A DNA stretch of 64,000 bases from Phycisphaerales bacterium (GCA_028823105.1 JAPKCC010000001.1:10089-74088), one strand, 5' to 3'; shown: positions 38,061 through 47,663, counted from the first letter of the stretch. Notes: a model not told the origin generated them from the letters alone. Made by a program: numbers and translations.

Positions 38061-38651
38061 ATGGTCGCCGAGAAGCAATATCCCCGACTGCAAGCCCGCT
38101 ACCGGGACGAGATCGGTCCGAAGCTCATGAGTGAGTTCGGCCTGAAGAACCTTCATCAGCTTCCGAAGCTGTCGAAGATCATCGTGAACGTCGGTGTGGG
38201 CAAGCACCTTGAGAACCAGAAGTTGAAGCCCGACTACCGGGACACCGTCGTCTCGACGCTCACCACCATCACCGGCCAGCGTCCGGTCATGGTCAAGGCT
38301 CGAGTCTCGGTTTCGAACTTCAAGGTTCGAGAAGGCGCGCCGTCGGCATTCATGGTCACGGTCCGCCGCGAGCGGATGTGGAGTTTCTTTGATCGCCTCG
38401 TCAACCTGGCGATGCCTCGAGTCAAGGATTTCCGCGGAGTGAAGGCATCGGCGTTCGATCCGGGTGGCAGCTACTCGTTCGGTCTCACCGAGCAGGCGGT
38501 CTGGCCCGAGATCAACACCGCGCACATCAACAGTATCCACGGCATGAACATCAATATCGTGTTCGAACGCAGCAACCCGGCGATGAGTCGATTCCTGCTG
38601 ACCGAACTCGGTTTCCCGTTTGCAAAGGAGGGTGAAGGCGGTCGCCGCTGA
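38061..38651 (+). CDS. rplE: 50S ribosomal protein L5
   Basis: RLQARYRDEIGPKLMSEFGLKNLHQLPKLSKIIVNVGVG and DFRGV. Confidence 0.97.
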   Translation: MVAEKQYPRLQARYRDEIGPKLMSEFGLKNLHQLPKLSKIIVNVGVGKHLENQKLKPDYRDTVVSTLTTITGQRPVMVKARVSVSNFKVREGAPSAFMVTVRRERMWSFFDRLVNLAMPRVKDFRGVKASAFDPGGSYSFGLTEQAVWPEINTAHINSIHGMNINIVFERSNPAMSRFLLTELGFPFAKEGEGGRR

Positions 38652-38732
38652 ATCCTCTCCGACTTCGTATCGACTCATCCGTGTCCGCTCGTTGCAGGGA
38701 CCGGAAGACCAAAGCACGTCAGGAATGAACGA

Positions 38733-38918
38733 ATGGCCAGTAAAAGAACATTCGAGAAAATGAAGCGAGAACCGAAGTTCTCCACTCGCAAGCAGGTTCG
38801 GTGCGAAATCACCGGACGCAAGCGAGGTGTTTATCGCAAGTTCCGCATCAGTCGGATCATGCTTCGTGAACTCGCACTCCAGGGAATGATCCCCGGAATG
38901 CGTAAAGCCAGTTGGTGA
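38733..38918 (+). CDS. rpsN: 30S ribosomal protein S14, short 61-aa form lacking the zinc-ribbon cysteines
   Basis: [61 protein letters not shown]. Only 1 of the 4 usual Cys positions is retained. Confidence 0.96.
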   Translation: MASKRTFEKMKREPKFSTRKQVRCEITGRKRGVYRKFRISRIMLRELALQGMIPGMRKASW

Positions 38919-38969
38919 ACCGAGCAAAGGCTCGCTGAAGACGCCTTAGGGCGCAGTCCAGGAGACGCG

Positions 38970-39368
38970 ATGGCGATCAACGATCTCACCGCCGATATGC
39001 TCACTCGGATCCGCAACGCGGTCCGCAATCGTGAGAAGACCGTGCATTCCGTGAGCAACAAGCTGAACCGCGGCGTGGTGGCCGTCCTCCAAGAGGAGGG
39101 CTTCATCGAGGGCTTCGAGTTTTTGGAGGATGGCCGTCAAGGGCTCATCCGAATCAAGCTCAAGTATGGCCCCCGTGGAGAACAGGTCATCAACAGCATC
39201 GTGCGTGAAAGCAAGTGCGGGCGTCGCGTGTATCGCGGCGTCGGCGATCTGCCTCGACCGCTGCAGGGCCTCGGCATCTGCATCGTGTCGACCAGCAGCG
39301 GTGTCATGAGCGACCGTCGGTGTCGAACCGAAAAGGTCGGAGGAGAACTCGTCGCCACGGTCGTCTGA
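38970..39368 (+). CDS. rpsH: 30S ribosomal protein S8
   Basis: DLTADMLTRIRNAVRNREKTV and GGELVATVV. Confidence 0.97.
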   Translation: MAINDLTADMLTRIRNAVRNREKTVHSVSNKLNRGVVAVLQEEGFIEGFEFLEDGRQGLIRIKLKYGPRGEQVINSIVRESKCGRRVYRGVGDLPRPLQGLGICIVSTSSGVMSDRRCRTEKVGGELVATVV

Positions 39369-39433
39369 CCGCTGGTGTACTAGCTTCGTAGCATTCAACG
39401 ATTTCGGGTATAGATGCCCGAAGGGACCCAATC

Positions 39434-39988
39434 ATGTCTCTCGTAGGTAAGAAGGTCATTCCAGTTCCCGCCGGGGTCGAGTTCTCGGTCGACGGGAATC
39501 GCAACATCACCGTGAAGGGTGCCAAGGGCACGCTCACGATGGTTCACCGCCCCGAGGTCACCGTCGTTCACGATGGCGATGAGAAGGTCGTTCGTGTCAC
39601 GATCGACGAGAAGCGGAAACGCGACAGCCAGATTCGCGCGTACTGGGGACTCACCCGGTCGTTGATCGCCAACATGGTCGACGGGGTCACCAAGGGCTAC
39701 GAGAAGAAGCTCGACATCGTCGGCGTCGGCTGGCAGGCCCAAGTGAAGGGCCAGAATCTGGCTCTGAACATCGGCTTCGCCAACGTCATCGAGATGAAGA
39801 TCCCGATGGGGGTCAACGTCGAGGCCAAGGGTCAGAACATCACGATCAACGGTCCTGACAAGCAGGCCGTCGGCAACTTCGCCTCCTCGGTTCGCATGCA
39901 GCGGAAGCCCGAGCCGTACAACGGCAAAGGAATTCGATACGCCGGCGAACAGATCACCCGCAAGCAGGGCAAGGCATTCGGTAACTGA
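39434..39988 (+). CDS. rplF: 50S ribosomal protein L6
   Basis: SLVGKKVIPVPAGVEF, GVTKGYEKKLDIVGVGWQA and PEPYNGKGIRYAGE. Confidence 0.97.
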   Translation: MSLVGKKVIPVPAGVEFSVDGNRNITVKGAKGTLTMVHRPEVTVVHDGDEKVVRVTIDEKRKRDSQIRAYWGLTRSLIANMVDGVTKGYEKKLDIVGVGWQAQVKGQNLALNIGFANVIEMKIPMGVNVEAKGQNITINGPDKQAVGNFASSVRMQRKPEPYNGKGIRYAGEQITRKQGKAFGN

Positions 39989-40040
39989 TGAACGGAGATC
40001 GTTCCCGGCCCTCTGAGGTCGAGGATGAGAGGATTCCACG

Positions 40041-40400
40041 ATGGATAAGAACAAGCACAAAACTATCTGCAGAAGTCGCCGCAAGACGGGGATCCGCAAG
40101 AAGGTCATGGGCATGCCCGACCGACCGCGGCTTTCAATCTTCCGATCGGCCAATCACATGTACTGCCAGGTCATCGATGACCTGACCGGACGAACCCTCG
40201 TCTCCGCGAGTTCGCGCGAGAAGGGCTGGGATGGCACCGGCGGCAACGTCAACGGTGCCACCAAGATCGGCACTGAACTCGCCGCCAAGGCGAAGGGTGC
40301 CGGCATCTCAAAAGTGGTCTTTGACCGAAACGGATTCCGGTATCACGGCCGGGTCAAAGCATTCGCGGACGCCGCCCGGGAGGGCGGACTCAAGTTCTGA
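40041..40400 (+). CDS. rplR: 50S ribosomal protein L18
   Basis: RPRLSIFRSANHMYCQVIDD and VFDRNGFRYHGRVKAFADAAREGGLKF. Confidence 0.97.
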   Translation: MDKNKHKTICRSRRKTGIRKKVMGMPDRPRLSIFRSANHMYCQVIDDLTGRTLVSASSREKGWDGTGGNVNGATKIGTELAAKAKGAGISKVVFDRNGFRYHGRVKAFADAAREGGLKF

Positions 40401-40448
40401 CCGCGGATTGAAGTTCAGATCACGGTTCTATCCGTGAGGAAGCAGCAA

Positions 40449-41330
40449 ATGGCTGAAGCACTCGACGATAATGGATCCCTCGAGTCGACCACGGTCGGCA
40501 TCTACCGAACAGCGGCGACCGTCAAGGGCGGCCGACGGTTTAGCTTCGCGGCCCTCGTGGTCGTTGGCGACCGTCAGGGTCGCGTCGGCATCGGGTACGC
40601 CAAGGCGGGCCAGGTACCGAGCGCGATCGAGAAGTCGCAGAAAGAGGGCAAGCGGAAGCTCAACTCGTATCCGATGCAGGACCGCACGGTCCCCCATCTG
40701 GTCGAGGGTCGCTTCGGCGCATGCCGCGTCCGACTCGTTCCGGCTTCGCCGGGTACCGGCGTCATCGCCGGAGCAAGTGTTCGTGCCATCCTCGAGATGC
40801 TCGGCATCCAGGATTGCCTGACCAAGTGCTACGGATCGACCAATCCTAAGAACCTCGTCAAGGCGACCCTTGACGCCCTTTCCCAGCTTCGACTTCGAAC
40901 GACGGTGGAGGCGCTTCGCGGCGTCGAGCTCGGCGAAACAGAAGTCGAGGAGTCGGTTCGTCGAGGCATGGCATTCATGCCGACCGAATCCGGTTCCGAG
41001 AGAGCGAAGGCACCGGTCAACACCGTGGGTGAGGACCGCCGTCGCGGTGGTCGTCGAGGCGGTGGTGGTGGCGGTGGTGGTCGCGGCGGTGGTGGTGGTG
41101 GTCGCGGCGGCGGCGGTGGTGGTGGCGGTGGTCGAGGCGGATTTGCCCCTCCGGCGACCGCAGCACCAGCGGCAGCAGCAGCACCAGCGGCAGCAGCAGC
41201 ACCAGCGGCAGCAGCAGCACCAGCAGCACCAGCAGCAGCACCAGCAGCACCAGCACCAGCAGCACCAGCAGCACCAGCGGCACCAGCGGCAGCACCACCC
41301 GAAGGCGGCAGTGGCGAGTCCACCGGCTGA
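40449..41330 (+). CDS. rpsE: 30S ribosomal protein S5 with an Arg/Gly-rich and Ala/Pro-rich C-terminal extension of about 130 aa
   Basis: S5 core (RTAATVKGGRRFSFAALVVVGDRQGRVGIGYAKA, PASPGTGVIAG), then RRRGGRRGGGGGGGGRGGGGGGRGGGGGGGGGRGG and an (A/P)-rich run. GAGGAAG lies before the ATG at 40449; the GTG at 40434 is an alternative start. Confidence 0.95.
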   Translation: MAEALDDNGSLESTTVGIYRTAATVKGGRRFSFAALVVVGDRQGRVGIGYAKAGQVPSAIEKSQKEGKRKLNSYPMQDRTVPHLVEGRFGACRVRLVPASPGTGVIAGASVRAILEMLGIQDCLTKCYGSTNPKNLVKATLDALSQLRLRTTVEALRGVELGETEVEESVRRGMAFMPTESGSERAKAPVNTVGEDRRRGGRRGGGGGGGGRGGGGGGRGGGGGGGGGRGGFAPPATAAPAAAAAPAAAAAPAAAAAPAAPAAAPAAPAPAAPAAPAAPAAAPPEGGSGESTG

Positions 41331-41395
41331 TTCATTTCGAGACAACTGACCGCCCGAGGATGACTCGGTGCGGTTCGGCAGGGAGTACCCGAGCC

Positions 41396-41842
41396 ATGAT
41401 GATTCATGACATTACCGCCAAGGTTGGGCGGCACAAGCAGCGGAAGCGTATTGGTCGCGGCGAAGGCAGCGGCACCGGCGGAACCTCTGGCCGAGGCCAC
41501 AAGGGTGCGAAGAGCCGTTCGGGCTATTCACGCCGAGCCGGCTATGACGCGGGTGGCAAGCAGTTCTACCAGCGATTCCCCAAGCGGGGCTTCTCGAATG
41601 CTCGCTTCCGAACCCACTATCACGTGATTAACGTGAAGGTTCTCGAGGAACTCTGCGAAGCCGGTGAGACCGTCGACGTCGCGCTCCTCGTGGGTCGTGG
41701 CGTGGTTCGCAACACCGCCCTCGGACTGAAGGTCCTGGGCGAAGGCGACCTCAGCAAGAAGCTCGACGTCAAGGCTGCGAAGTTCTCGGCCTCCGCCAAA
41801 CAGAAGATCGAAGCTGCGGGTGGCACCGCAGTCGAGTGCTGA
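41396..41842 (+). CDS. rplO: 50S ribosomal protein L15
   Basis: KRIGRGEGSGTGGTSGRGHKGAKSRSG. Confidence 0.96.
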   Translation: MMIHDITAKVGRHKQRKRIGRGEGSGTGGTSGRGHKGAKSRSGYSRRAGYDAGGKQFYQRFPKRGFSNARFRTHYHVINVKVLEELCEAGETVDVALLVGRGVVRNTALGLKVLGEGDLSKKLDVKAAKFSASAKQKIEAAGGTAVEC

Positions 41843-41911
41843 TCTGATTCACGTCTTCCCCGTTCATTCGATTGAATTGACGCCGGCATCCGCTGGCAAT
41901 CCGGACCACTG

Positions 41912-43324
41912 ATGCTCAACGCGTTCCTGAACATCTTTCGAATCCCTGACCTGCGAAACAAGGTGCTCTTCACCTTGGGCATGCTGGTCATCTATCGGAT
42001 CGGATTCTGGGTTCCCCTCATTGGCGTCGACCAGACCCAGTTGGCGGAATCGGCGGCCAAGGCGACTCAGGACTCTTCGGGGTTCGGTCGGATTGCCCAG
42101 TTCGCATCGATCTTCTCGGGCGGATCCCTGAGCCAGTCGACGATCTTCGGCCTGGGAATCATGCCGTACATCACGGCATCGATCATCTTCCAGCTTCTAA
42201 ACTCCGCCGTACCGGCACTTCAGGAGTTGAAGAAGGAGGGCGCCAGCGGCCAGCAGAAGATCTCCGAATGGACCCGCTATGCCACGGTCGGGCTCTGCAT
42301 TGTGCAGGCGATCATGTGGCTGTCCTATCTTCGAACCAACAATCTCGTCCAGCCGCAGTTCCTGACGGGCGGGTCGAGCATGATCTTCTTCGCATCCGGC
42401 ATCGTCGGCCTGACCGCCGGCAGCGTGTTCCTGATGTGGCTCGGCGAACAGATCGACAAGTACGGAATCGGCAACGGCGTCTCGGTCATCCTGACCGCGG
42501 GCATTCTCGCCAGACTTCCGGAAGCGATCCAGTGGGTCATCTCAGAGTTCAATCCGAGCCAACAGGGTGACGGCGGGGGAATCGGACTGCTCGAAGTCAT
42601 CTTCCTCGCGTCCTCCTTTGTGCTGGTCACCGCGGGGGCAATCGTGATCACGGTGGCCCAGCGGCGGATTCCGATTCAACAAGCCAAGCACACCCGCGAT
42701 GGTCGCAAGGTGGTGGGTGGTCAGCGGCACTATCTTCCGCTCCGGATCAACCATGCCGGCGTGATGCCGATCATCTTCGCGAGTTCGTTGATGATCTTCC
42801 CGTCGGCGATCTTCGGTTGGCTCAACACCCGAGCATCGCAGGGCGGCAGTGCCGACTGGTGGATGTCGACCACGGGTTTCCTCGCTGATAACTTCCAGAT
42901 CGGCGCCTATCCGTATGTGATCATGGAAATCATCCTGATCTACTTCTTCAGCTACTTCTGGACGACCGTCCAGTTCTCGCCAGACGACATGAGCAAGCAG
43001 CTCAAGCAGTACGGTTCATTCGTTCCAGGAATTCGTCCTGGACCGAGAACCGCCGAGTACCTCGAAACGGTCATGGAACGGATCACCTACGTTGGTGCGG
43101 GCTTCCTCGCCATCATCGCGATCATCCCGACGATGATTGCGGAACGACTGCAGATCCCGTTCTTTGTGGCCAGCTTCCTTGGAGGCACCGGCCTACTGAT
43201 CGTGGTGAGCGTCGGACTCGACATCATCCAACGCATCGAGGCAAACCTGCTGATGCGGAACTATGCAGGCTTCCTTTCCGGCGACGGAAAGGGAGGCTCC
43301 AAGATCCGCGGCCGACGAAACTGA
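41912..43324 (+). CDS. secY: preprotein translocase subunit SecY
   Basis: 470 aa, 10-TM pattern: IPDLRNKVLFTLGMLVIYRIG, FGLGIMPYITASIIFQLL and GTGLLIVVSVGLD. Confidence 0.97.
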   Translation: MLNAFLNIFRIPDLRNKVLFTLGMLVIYRIGFWVPLIGVDQTQLAESAAKATQDSSGFGRIAQFASIFSGGSLSQSTIFGLGIMPYITASIIFQLLNSAVPALQELKKEGASGQQKISEWTRYATVGLCIVQAIMWLSYLRTNNLVQPQFLTGGSSMIFFASGIVGLTAGSVFLMWLGEQIDKYGIGNGVSVILTAGILARLPEAIQWVISEFNPSQQGDGGGIGLLEVIFLASSFVLVTAGAIVITVAQRRIPIQQAKHTRDGRKVVGGQRHYLPLRINHAGVMPIIFASSLMIFPSAIFGWLNTRASQGGSADWWMSTTGFLADNFQIGAYPYVIMEIILIYFFSYFWTTVQFSPDDMSKQLKQYGSFVPGIRPGPRTAEYLETVMERITYVGAGFLAIIAIIPTMIAERLQIPFFVASFLGGTGLLIVVSVGLDIIQRIEANLLMRNYAGFLSGDGKGGSKIRGRRN

Positions 43325-43375
43325 CCCTCCGATCGATTCACCTTCTCTCCTGATACCTCACCGAACGAAGCCATC

Positions 43376-44314
43376 ATGATCCGCTCTGTACCATCCCGAA
43401 TCGAATTGAACGACGCCACGCGTCGGTCGACGTCGATCGCGATCAGGTCTTCGGCGGACATCGACGGAATCGCCGCGTGTGGTCGGGTGGTGGCGGCCGC
43501 GCTCGAAGCCGGACGCGGGGCCTGTGTTCCGGGACGAAGCACGAGCGAGATTTCCATGGCGGTGGCATCCGTCTTGGCCGACTTCAATGCCGAGCCGCTC
43601 TTCGTCGGGCTGGCCGCGGAAGACAACTCGGACGTCTCGGCATTTCCGGCTCCAGCGTGTGTTAGCGTCGATGACGAGGTCATCCACGGCATCCCTGGAG
43701 ATCGTCGACTCTGTGGTGGCGAACTGGTGAAGATCGACTGCGGGGCCCGGCTTGACGGCTGGTGTGCCGACGCCGCGATCACGGTCCCAGTAGGGGAGAT
43801 CGCCTCCGCTCGACGCGAATTGCTGCAGGCCACCGAGAATATTCTCGACACCGCCATCGATCTGATCCGTCCGGGGCGTCGCTGGAGCGAGATCGCCCGG
43901 ATTCTTCAGGACTTGGCCCTCGATGCCGGGTACGGTGTTCTGGACGATTTCACTGGGCACGGCATTGGTCGGGAACTCCACGAGTTTCCGGCGGTTCCGT
44001 CCCACCTCACCCGAGGTCTCATCGGTCTCATGGGTGGAGGCGATTTTACGCTTCGTCGAGGTATGGTCCTCGCGATCGAACCGATTCTGGTCCTCGTTGG
44101 ATCGGTATCCGGAGCCGCAGTTCGTGGCGACGGAACCGCTTGCGGGGTCCCGGTCGAAGTGGCGTCCGACGGTTGGACGGTTCGAACCGTTGATTCCGCG
44201 GTATCGGCCCACTTCGAGCACACCATCGCCGTGGGCCGTTCAGGTGCCACGGTCCTCACGACGCCAAGCGTCGATCTCATGACCGATCCGATCGCCAATC
44301 CGGCGATCAGCTGA
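43376..44314 (+). CDS. map: type I methionine aminopeptidase (longer than typical)
   Basis: [38 protein letters not shown] and HFEHTIAV metal-ligand contexts. At 312 aa it carries N- and C-terminal extras. Confidence 0.92.
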   Translation: MIRSVPSRIELNDATRRSTSIAIRSSADIDGIAACGRVVAAALEAGRGACVPGRSTSEISMAVASVLADFNAEPLFVGLAAEDNSDVSAFPAPACVSVDDEVIHGIPGDRRLCGGELVKIDCGARLDGWCADAAITVPVGEIASARRELLQATENILDTAIDLIRPGRRWSEIARILQDLALDAGYGVLDDFTGHGIGRELHEFPAVPSHLTRGLIGLMGGGDFTLRRGMVLAIEPILVLVGSVSGAAVRGDGTACGVPVEVASDGWTVRTVDSAVSAHFEHTIAVGRSGATVLTTPSVDLMTDPIANPAIS

Positions 44315-44363
44315 TTTAGAGTTCAGATTCACGAGCGAAAACACCAAGGAACGATCCCTTCAT

Positions 44364-44579
44364 ATGGCCAAAGAGGATAAAATCACGCTCGACGCAGAAG
44401 TCGTGGAAGCACTGCCCGACGCCAGATTCAAGGTTCGGCTTGAAAACGGACAGGAGCTCCTCGCCTACGTCAGCGGAAAAATGCGGAAATTTTTCATCCG
44501 CATCCTCCCCGGCGACAGGGTCACCGTCGAATTGAGTCCATACGACCTGACCAAAGGTCGAATTACGTATCGCCACTAG
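44364..44579 (+). CDS. infA: translation initiation factor IF-1
   Basis: [60 protein letters not shown]. Confidence 0.98.
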   Translation: MAKEDKITLDAEVVEALPDARFKVRLENGQELLAYVSGKMRKFFIRILPGDRVTVELSPYDLTKGRITYRH

Positions 44580-44609
44580 AAGTTCAACCCCGTAGAGCAG
44601 GAACCAGCC

Positions 44610-44726
44610 ATGAAGGTTCGAAGCAGTATCAAAAGACGCACTAAAGACTGTCAAATCGTGATCCGCAAAGGAAAGCGGTTCGTGATCAATAAGAAGAATC
44701 CCCGACTCAAGCAACGGCAGGGCTGA
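44610..44726 (+). CDS. rpmJ: 50S ribosomal protein L36, non-zinc (C-minus) form
   Basis: 38 aa, below the ORF-track cutoff: [38 protein letters not shown]. Canonical position between infA and rpsM. Only one of the usual Cys/His zinc ligands is present. Confidence 0.93.
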   Translation: MKVRSSIKRRTKDCQIVIRKGKRFVINKKNPRLKQRQG

Positions 44727-44762
44727 AACCCTCCGTTCTCGTTCGATATTTGGAGCTACCGC

Positions 44763-45140
44763 ATGCCACGTCTCGCAGGCGTCGACATCCCGGAACGTAA
44801 GAAGATCCTCTTTTCGCTGCAGTACATTCACGGCATCGGCCCGAAGTACGCATCGGACATTTGTGAGCGGGCCGGGATTGATCCCGATCGGCTCGCGAAG
44901 GAACTCAACGACGAGGAACTCTCGTCGATCAATGCACTTCTCGACACGAGTTTCGTCGTCGAAGGTGCCCTGCGCCGCCAGGTCGGTCAGGACATCCAGC
45001 GTCTCAAGGACATTCGGTCCTATCGAGGCGATCGTCATCGGCGGGGTCTTCCCGTCCGTGGGCAGCGCACACGGTGCAATGCCAGAACCCGGAAGGGCCG
45101 TAAGAAGACGGTCGCCGGCAAGAAGGGCGTGAAGGGCTGA
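44763..45140 (+). CDS. rpsM: 30S ribosomal protein S13
   Basis: [26 protein letters not shown] and [17 protein letters not shown]. Confidence 0.98.
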   Translation: MPRLAGVDIPERKKILFSLQYIHGIGPKYASDICERAGIDPDRLAKELNDEELSSINALLDTSFVVEGALRRQVGQDIQRLKDIRSYRGDRHRRGLPVRGQRTRCNARTRKGRKKTVAGKKGVKG

Positions 45141-45282
45141 TTTTCGATGCCCGTCTCCGGAAGCGATTTCGATCGTCTCCGACCGAGCGGGCATTCGAGA
45201 TCAGCATTCCGTTTATACGAGTCATCCGCCGCGTCTCCAGGGCTCTCGCCCGACGCCCGGAAGAAGGACAAGGTTCGATTCC

Positions 45283-45657
45283 ATGGCAAGCAAGAAGAAG
45301 GTTCGTCGAAACGTGGTGAAGGGCATCGCTCATATCAAGGCGACGTTCAACAACACGCTCATCACCATTACCGATCTCAACGGCGAAGCCCTTTGTCAGG
45401 ACTCCGCAGGTACCGTCGGCTTCAAGGGCTCTCGCAAGTCGACGCCTTTCGCAGCCAGTCGGGCCAGCGAGAAGGCCGGTGGCAAGGTTCGTCGCATGGG
45501 TATGCGGGAACTGGAAGTCCATGTGAAGGGGCCGGGTCCCGGTCGTGAATCAGCGGTCACCGCACTCCAGGCTGCAGGCCTGAAGATCGTGGCGATCGAG
45601 GATCACACCCCGATCCCGTTCAACGGTTGTCGCGCTCCGAAGCGTCGACGCGTATAG
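45283..45657 (+). CDS. rpsK: 30S ribosomal protein S11
   Basis: [21 protein letters not shown] and [20 protein letters not shown]. Confidence 0.98.
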   Translation: MASKKKVRRNVVKGIAHIKATFNNTLITITDLNGEALCQDSAGTVGFKGSRKSTPFAASRASEKAGGKVRRMGMRELEVHVKGPGPGRESAVTALQAAGLKIVAIEDHTPIPFNGCRAPKRRRV

Positions 45658-45774
45658 TTTTTTTCGTACCCGTGTTTACGGATGAGTTCGAGCAGTCGCC
45701 CCGGCGGGACCGCTTCCGACTCGAGAACACACGGGTTTGTTCTTTCTGAACCCCGCCGGAAATTGGAGTGAGCC

Positions 45775-46773
45775 ATGCAGGTTCGCTGGAGAGGGCTGGA
45801 ACTTCCAGCCAGAGTCGATAAGGACGCCAAGTCCTCGGACGACACATTCGGACGTTTCACCGCTGAACCCTTCGTTCGGGGCATGGGTACGACCATTGGC
45901 AATAGCCTTCGTCGCATCCTCCTCTCGACCATCGAAGGTGCCGCGGTCACGAAGGTTGAAATCAAGAACGTTCAGCACGAATTCGACACGCTGGAAGGCG
46001 TGTTGCAGGATGTCACCGACATCATTCTGAACATCAAGGGTCTCGTGGTCAGCATGACCGGCGAAGGTCCCAAGACCATGAAGCTCCGTGCGGAAGGTCC
46101 TGGAGACGTCACCGCGGAGATGATCGAGTGTGACACGTCGATCACCGTCCATAACCCCGAGCACGTCATCGCCACCCTCGGCCCAGGCGTCGACTTCGAA
46201 GCGACGTTCACCGTAGAGATCGGCCGCGGCTATCGCCCGGCCAGAGAGTACTACGAGAGCGGAGAAGAGCAGGTCATCGGTGAGATTCCGATCGACGCGA
46301 TCTTCTCGCCCGTGCAGCGGGTCCGTTTCCGCACCGAGAACGCTCGAGTCGGTCAGCGAACCGATTACGACAAGCTGATTCTCGATGTCTGGTCCAACGG
46401 AACCGTCAGCCCAGAGATGGCCGTGGTCGAGGCTGCGAAGATCCTTCGCAAGCATCTCAACCCGTTCATCATGTACGACGAGGCCGGCGAAACGACCGTC
46501 TCCCACGAGGTCATGGAGACCACCGCGGAAGACATGGAAGTCAACCGGAAGCTCCAGCAGGGCATCACCGACATGGATCTTTCGGTCCGGGCAAGCAATT
46601 GCCTGGAATCCGCCCAGATCAAGTCGGTCGCCGAACTCGTTCAGAAGTCCGAAGAAGAACTTCTCACCCTTCGTGCGTTCGGTCGGACCTCGCTCCGCGA
46701 GGTCGAGAAGAAGCTCGAGGAAATGGATCTCGCACTTGGCATGCATGTGCCGGATGCGTTCCGTATTAACTGA
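45775..46773 (+). CDS. rpoA: DNA-directed RNA polymerase alpha subunit
   Basis: FTAEPFVRGMGTTIGNSLRRILLS and the C-terminal domain LSVRASNCLESAQIKSVAELV. Confidence 0.97.
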   Translation: MQVRWRGLELPARVDKDAKSSDDTFGRFTAEPFVRGMGTTIGNSLRRILLSTIEGAAVTKVEIKNVQHEFDTLEGVLQDVTDIILNIKGLVVSMTGEGPKTMKLRAEGPGDVTAEMIECDTSITVHNPEHVIATLGPGVDFEATFTVEIGRGYRPAREYYESGEEQVIGEIPIDAIFSPVQRVRFRTENARVGQRTDYDKLILDVWSNGTVSPEMAVVEAAKILRKHLNPFIMYDEAGETTVSHEVMETTAEDMEVNRKLQQGITDMDLSVRASNCLESAQIKSVAELVQKSEEELLTLRAFGRTSLREVEKKLEEMDLALGMHVPDAFRIN

Positions 46774-46828
46774 CGTCAGTCTTCCGCGCGGGCCATCCCG
46801 CTCGGTTCATGTTTTCGAGGATTCACCG

Positions 46829-47494
46829 ATGCGTCACCGTATCTACGGCAAGCAACTCAATCGCACCTCCGCCCACAGAACCGCCATGATGCGGAATATG
46901 GCGGCAGGGCTCTTTGAGCATGGTCAGATCGAGACCACGCTCCCCAAGGCCAAGGCCGTTCAGGGCTTCGCCGAGAAGCTCATCACCATCGCGAAGACCA
47001 AGTCGCTGCACTCCCGCCGACAGCTGGAGAGCAAGATCAACGACCGAAACATCTTCGCGTGGGCGGACGATCCCCAGGTCCCCGAGGAACGAAAGGAAAA
47101 CGCCATTTTCGCGGCGCCGGATGCCAGCGAGATCAAGCGCAACCGATTCGGCGATTTGAAGAAGTCACCCCGGCTCATCGAGCATCTGCTCCAGAAGGTC
47201 GCCCCGATGTTCGAAGGCCGCGATGGGGGTTACACCCGCATCGTCAAGCTCGACAAGCATCGTCTTGGCGACGGAAGTGATCTGGTTCTGGTGATGCTGG
47301 TCGGCAACGAGGACGGCCCTCAGATTGGTGGAGGCGTCAGCGGACGTCGTCGCCAGGCTGACAAGCGGACCGCGTTCGCCGAGAAGCTCGCCGGTTCGAT
47401 GACCTCAACCGCCACGGCGGAAGCTCCGGCCGAGACCCCAGAAGCGGCTCCTGACGAGACTCCCGAGACCCCCGAGACCACAGAAGAAGCCTGA
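46829..47494 (+). CDS. rplQ: 50S ribosomal protein L17 with an internal insertion and an acidic Ala/Glu/Thr/Pro tail
   Basis: MRHRIYGKQLNRTSAHRTAMMRNMA and GGYTRIVKL. It is 221 aa, against about 125-130 in most bacteria. Confidence 0.95.
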   Translation: MRHRIYGKQLNRTSAHRTAMMRNMAAGLFEHGQIETTLPKAKAVQGFAEKLITIAKTKSLHSRRQLESKINDRNIFAWADDPQVPEERKENAIFAAPDASEIKRNRFGDLKKSPRLIEHLLQKVAPMFEGRDGGYTRIVKLDKHRLGDGSDLVLVMLVGNEDGPQIGGGVSGRRRQADKRTAFAEKLAGSMTSTATAEAPAETPEAAPDETPETPETTEEA

Positions 47495-47560
47495 GTCGCC
47501 TCCCGCGACTCAAGTGCCCATTCGGTTGTCGGTCCCGGATCGTCGATTTTAGATTCCACC

Positions 47561-47598
47561 CGAGCCCCGACCTTTCCGGTCGGGGCTCGTTTTCTTTG
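47561..47598 (+). terminator. intrinsic terminator after rplQ
   Basis: 12-bp stem CGAGCCCCGACC / GGTCGGGGCTCG, loop TTTCC, then TTTTCTTTG. Confidence 0.75.
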
Positions 47599-47663
47599 CG
47601 CATCGGGCATTCAATCAGTGGGTCGGCCTGAAATCAGACCCCGCATGCCCGTACACTGCGGCG

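Noticed and set aside
37827-38927. 366-aa minus-strand ORF across rplX, rplE and rpsN
   Set aside because: It is antisense to three canonical ribosomal protein genes.
40428-41345. 305-aa minus-strand ORF with striking CCWCC/WCR repeats, and the 223-aa Pro/Ala-rich ORF (40829-41500)
   Set aside because: Both are antisense readings of the GGT/GGC and GCA/CCA repeats that encode the S5 tail. The plus-strand frame is continuous with a canonical S5 core.
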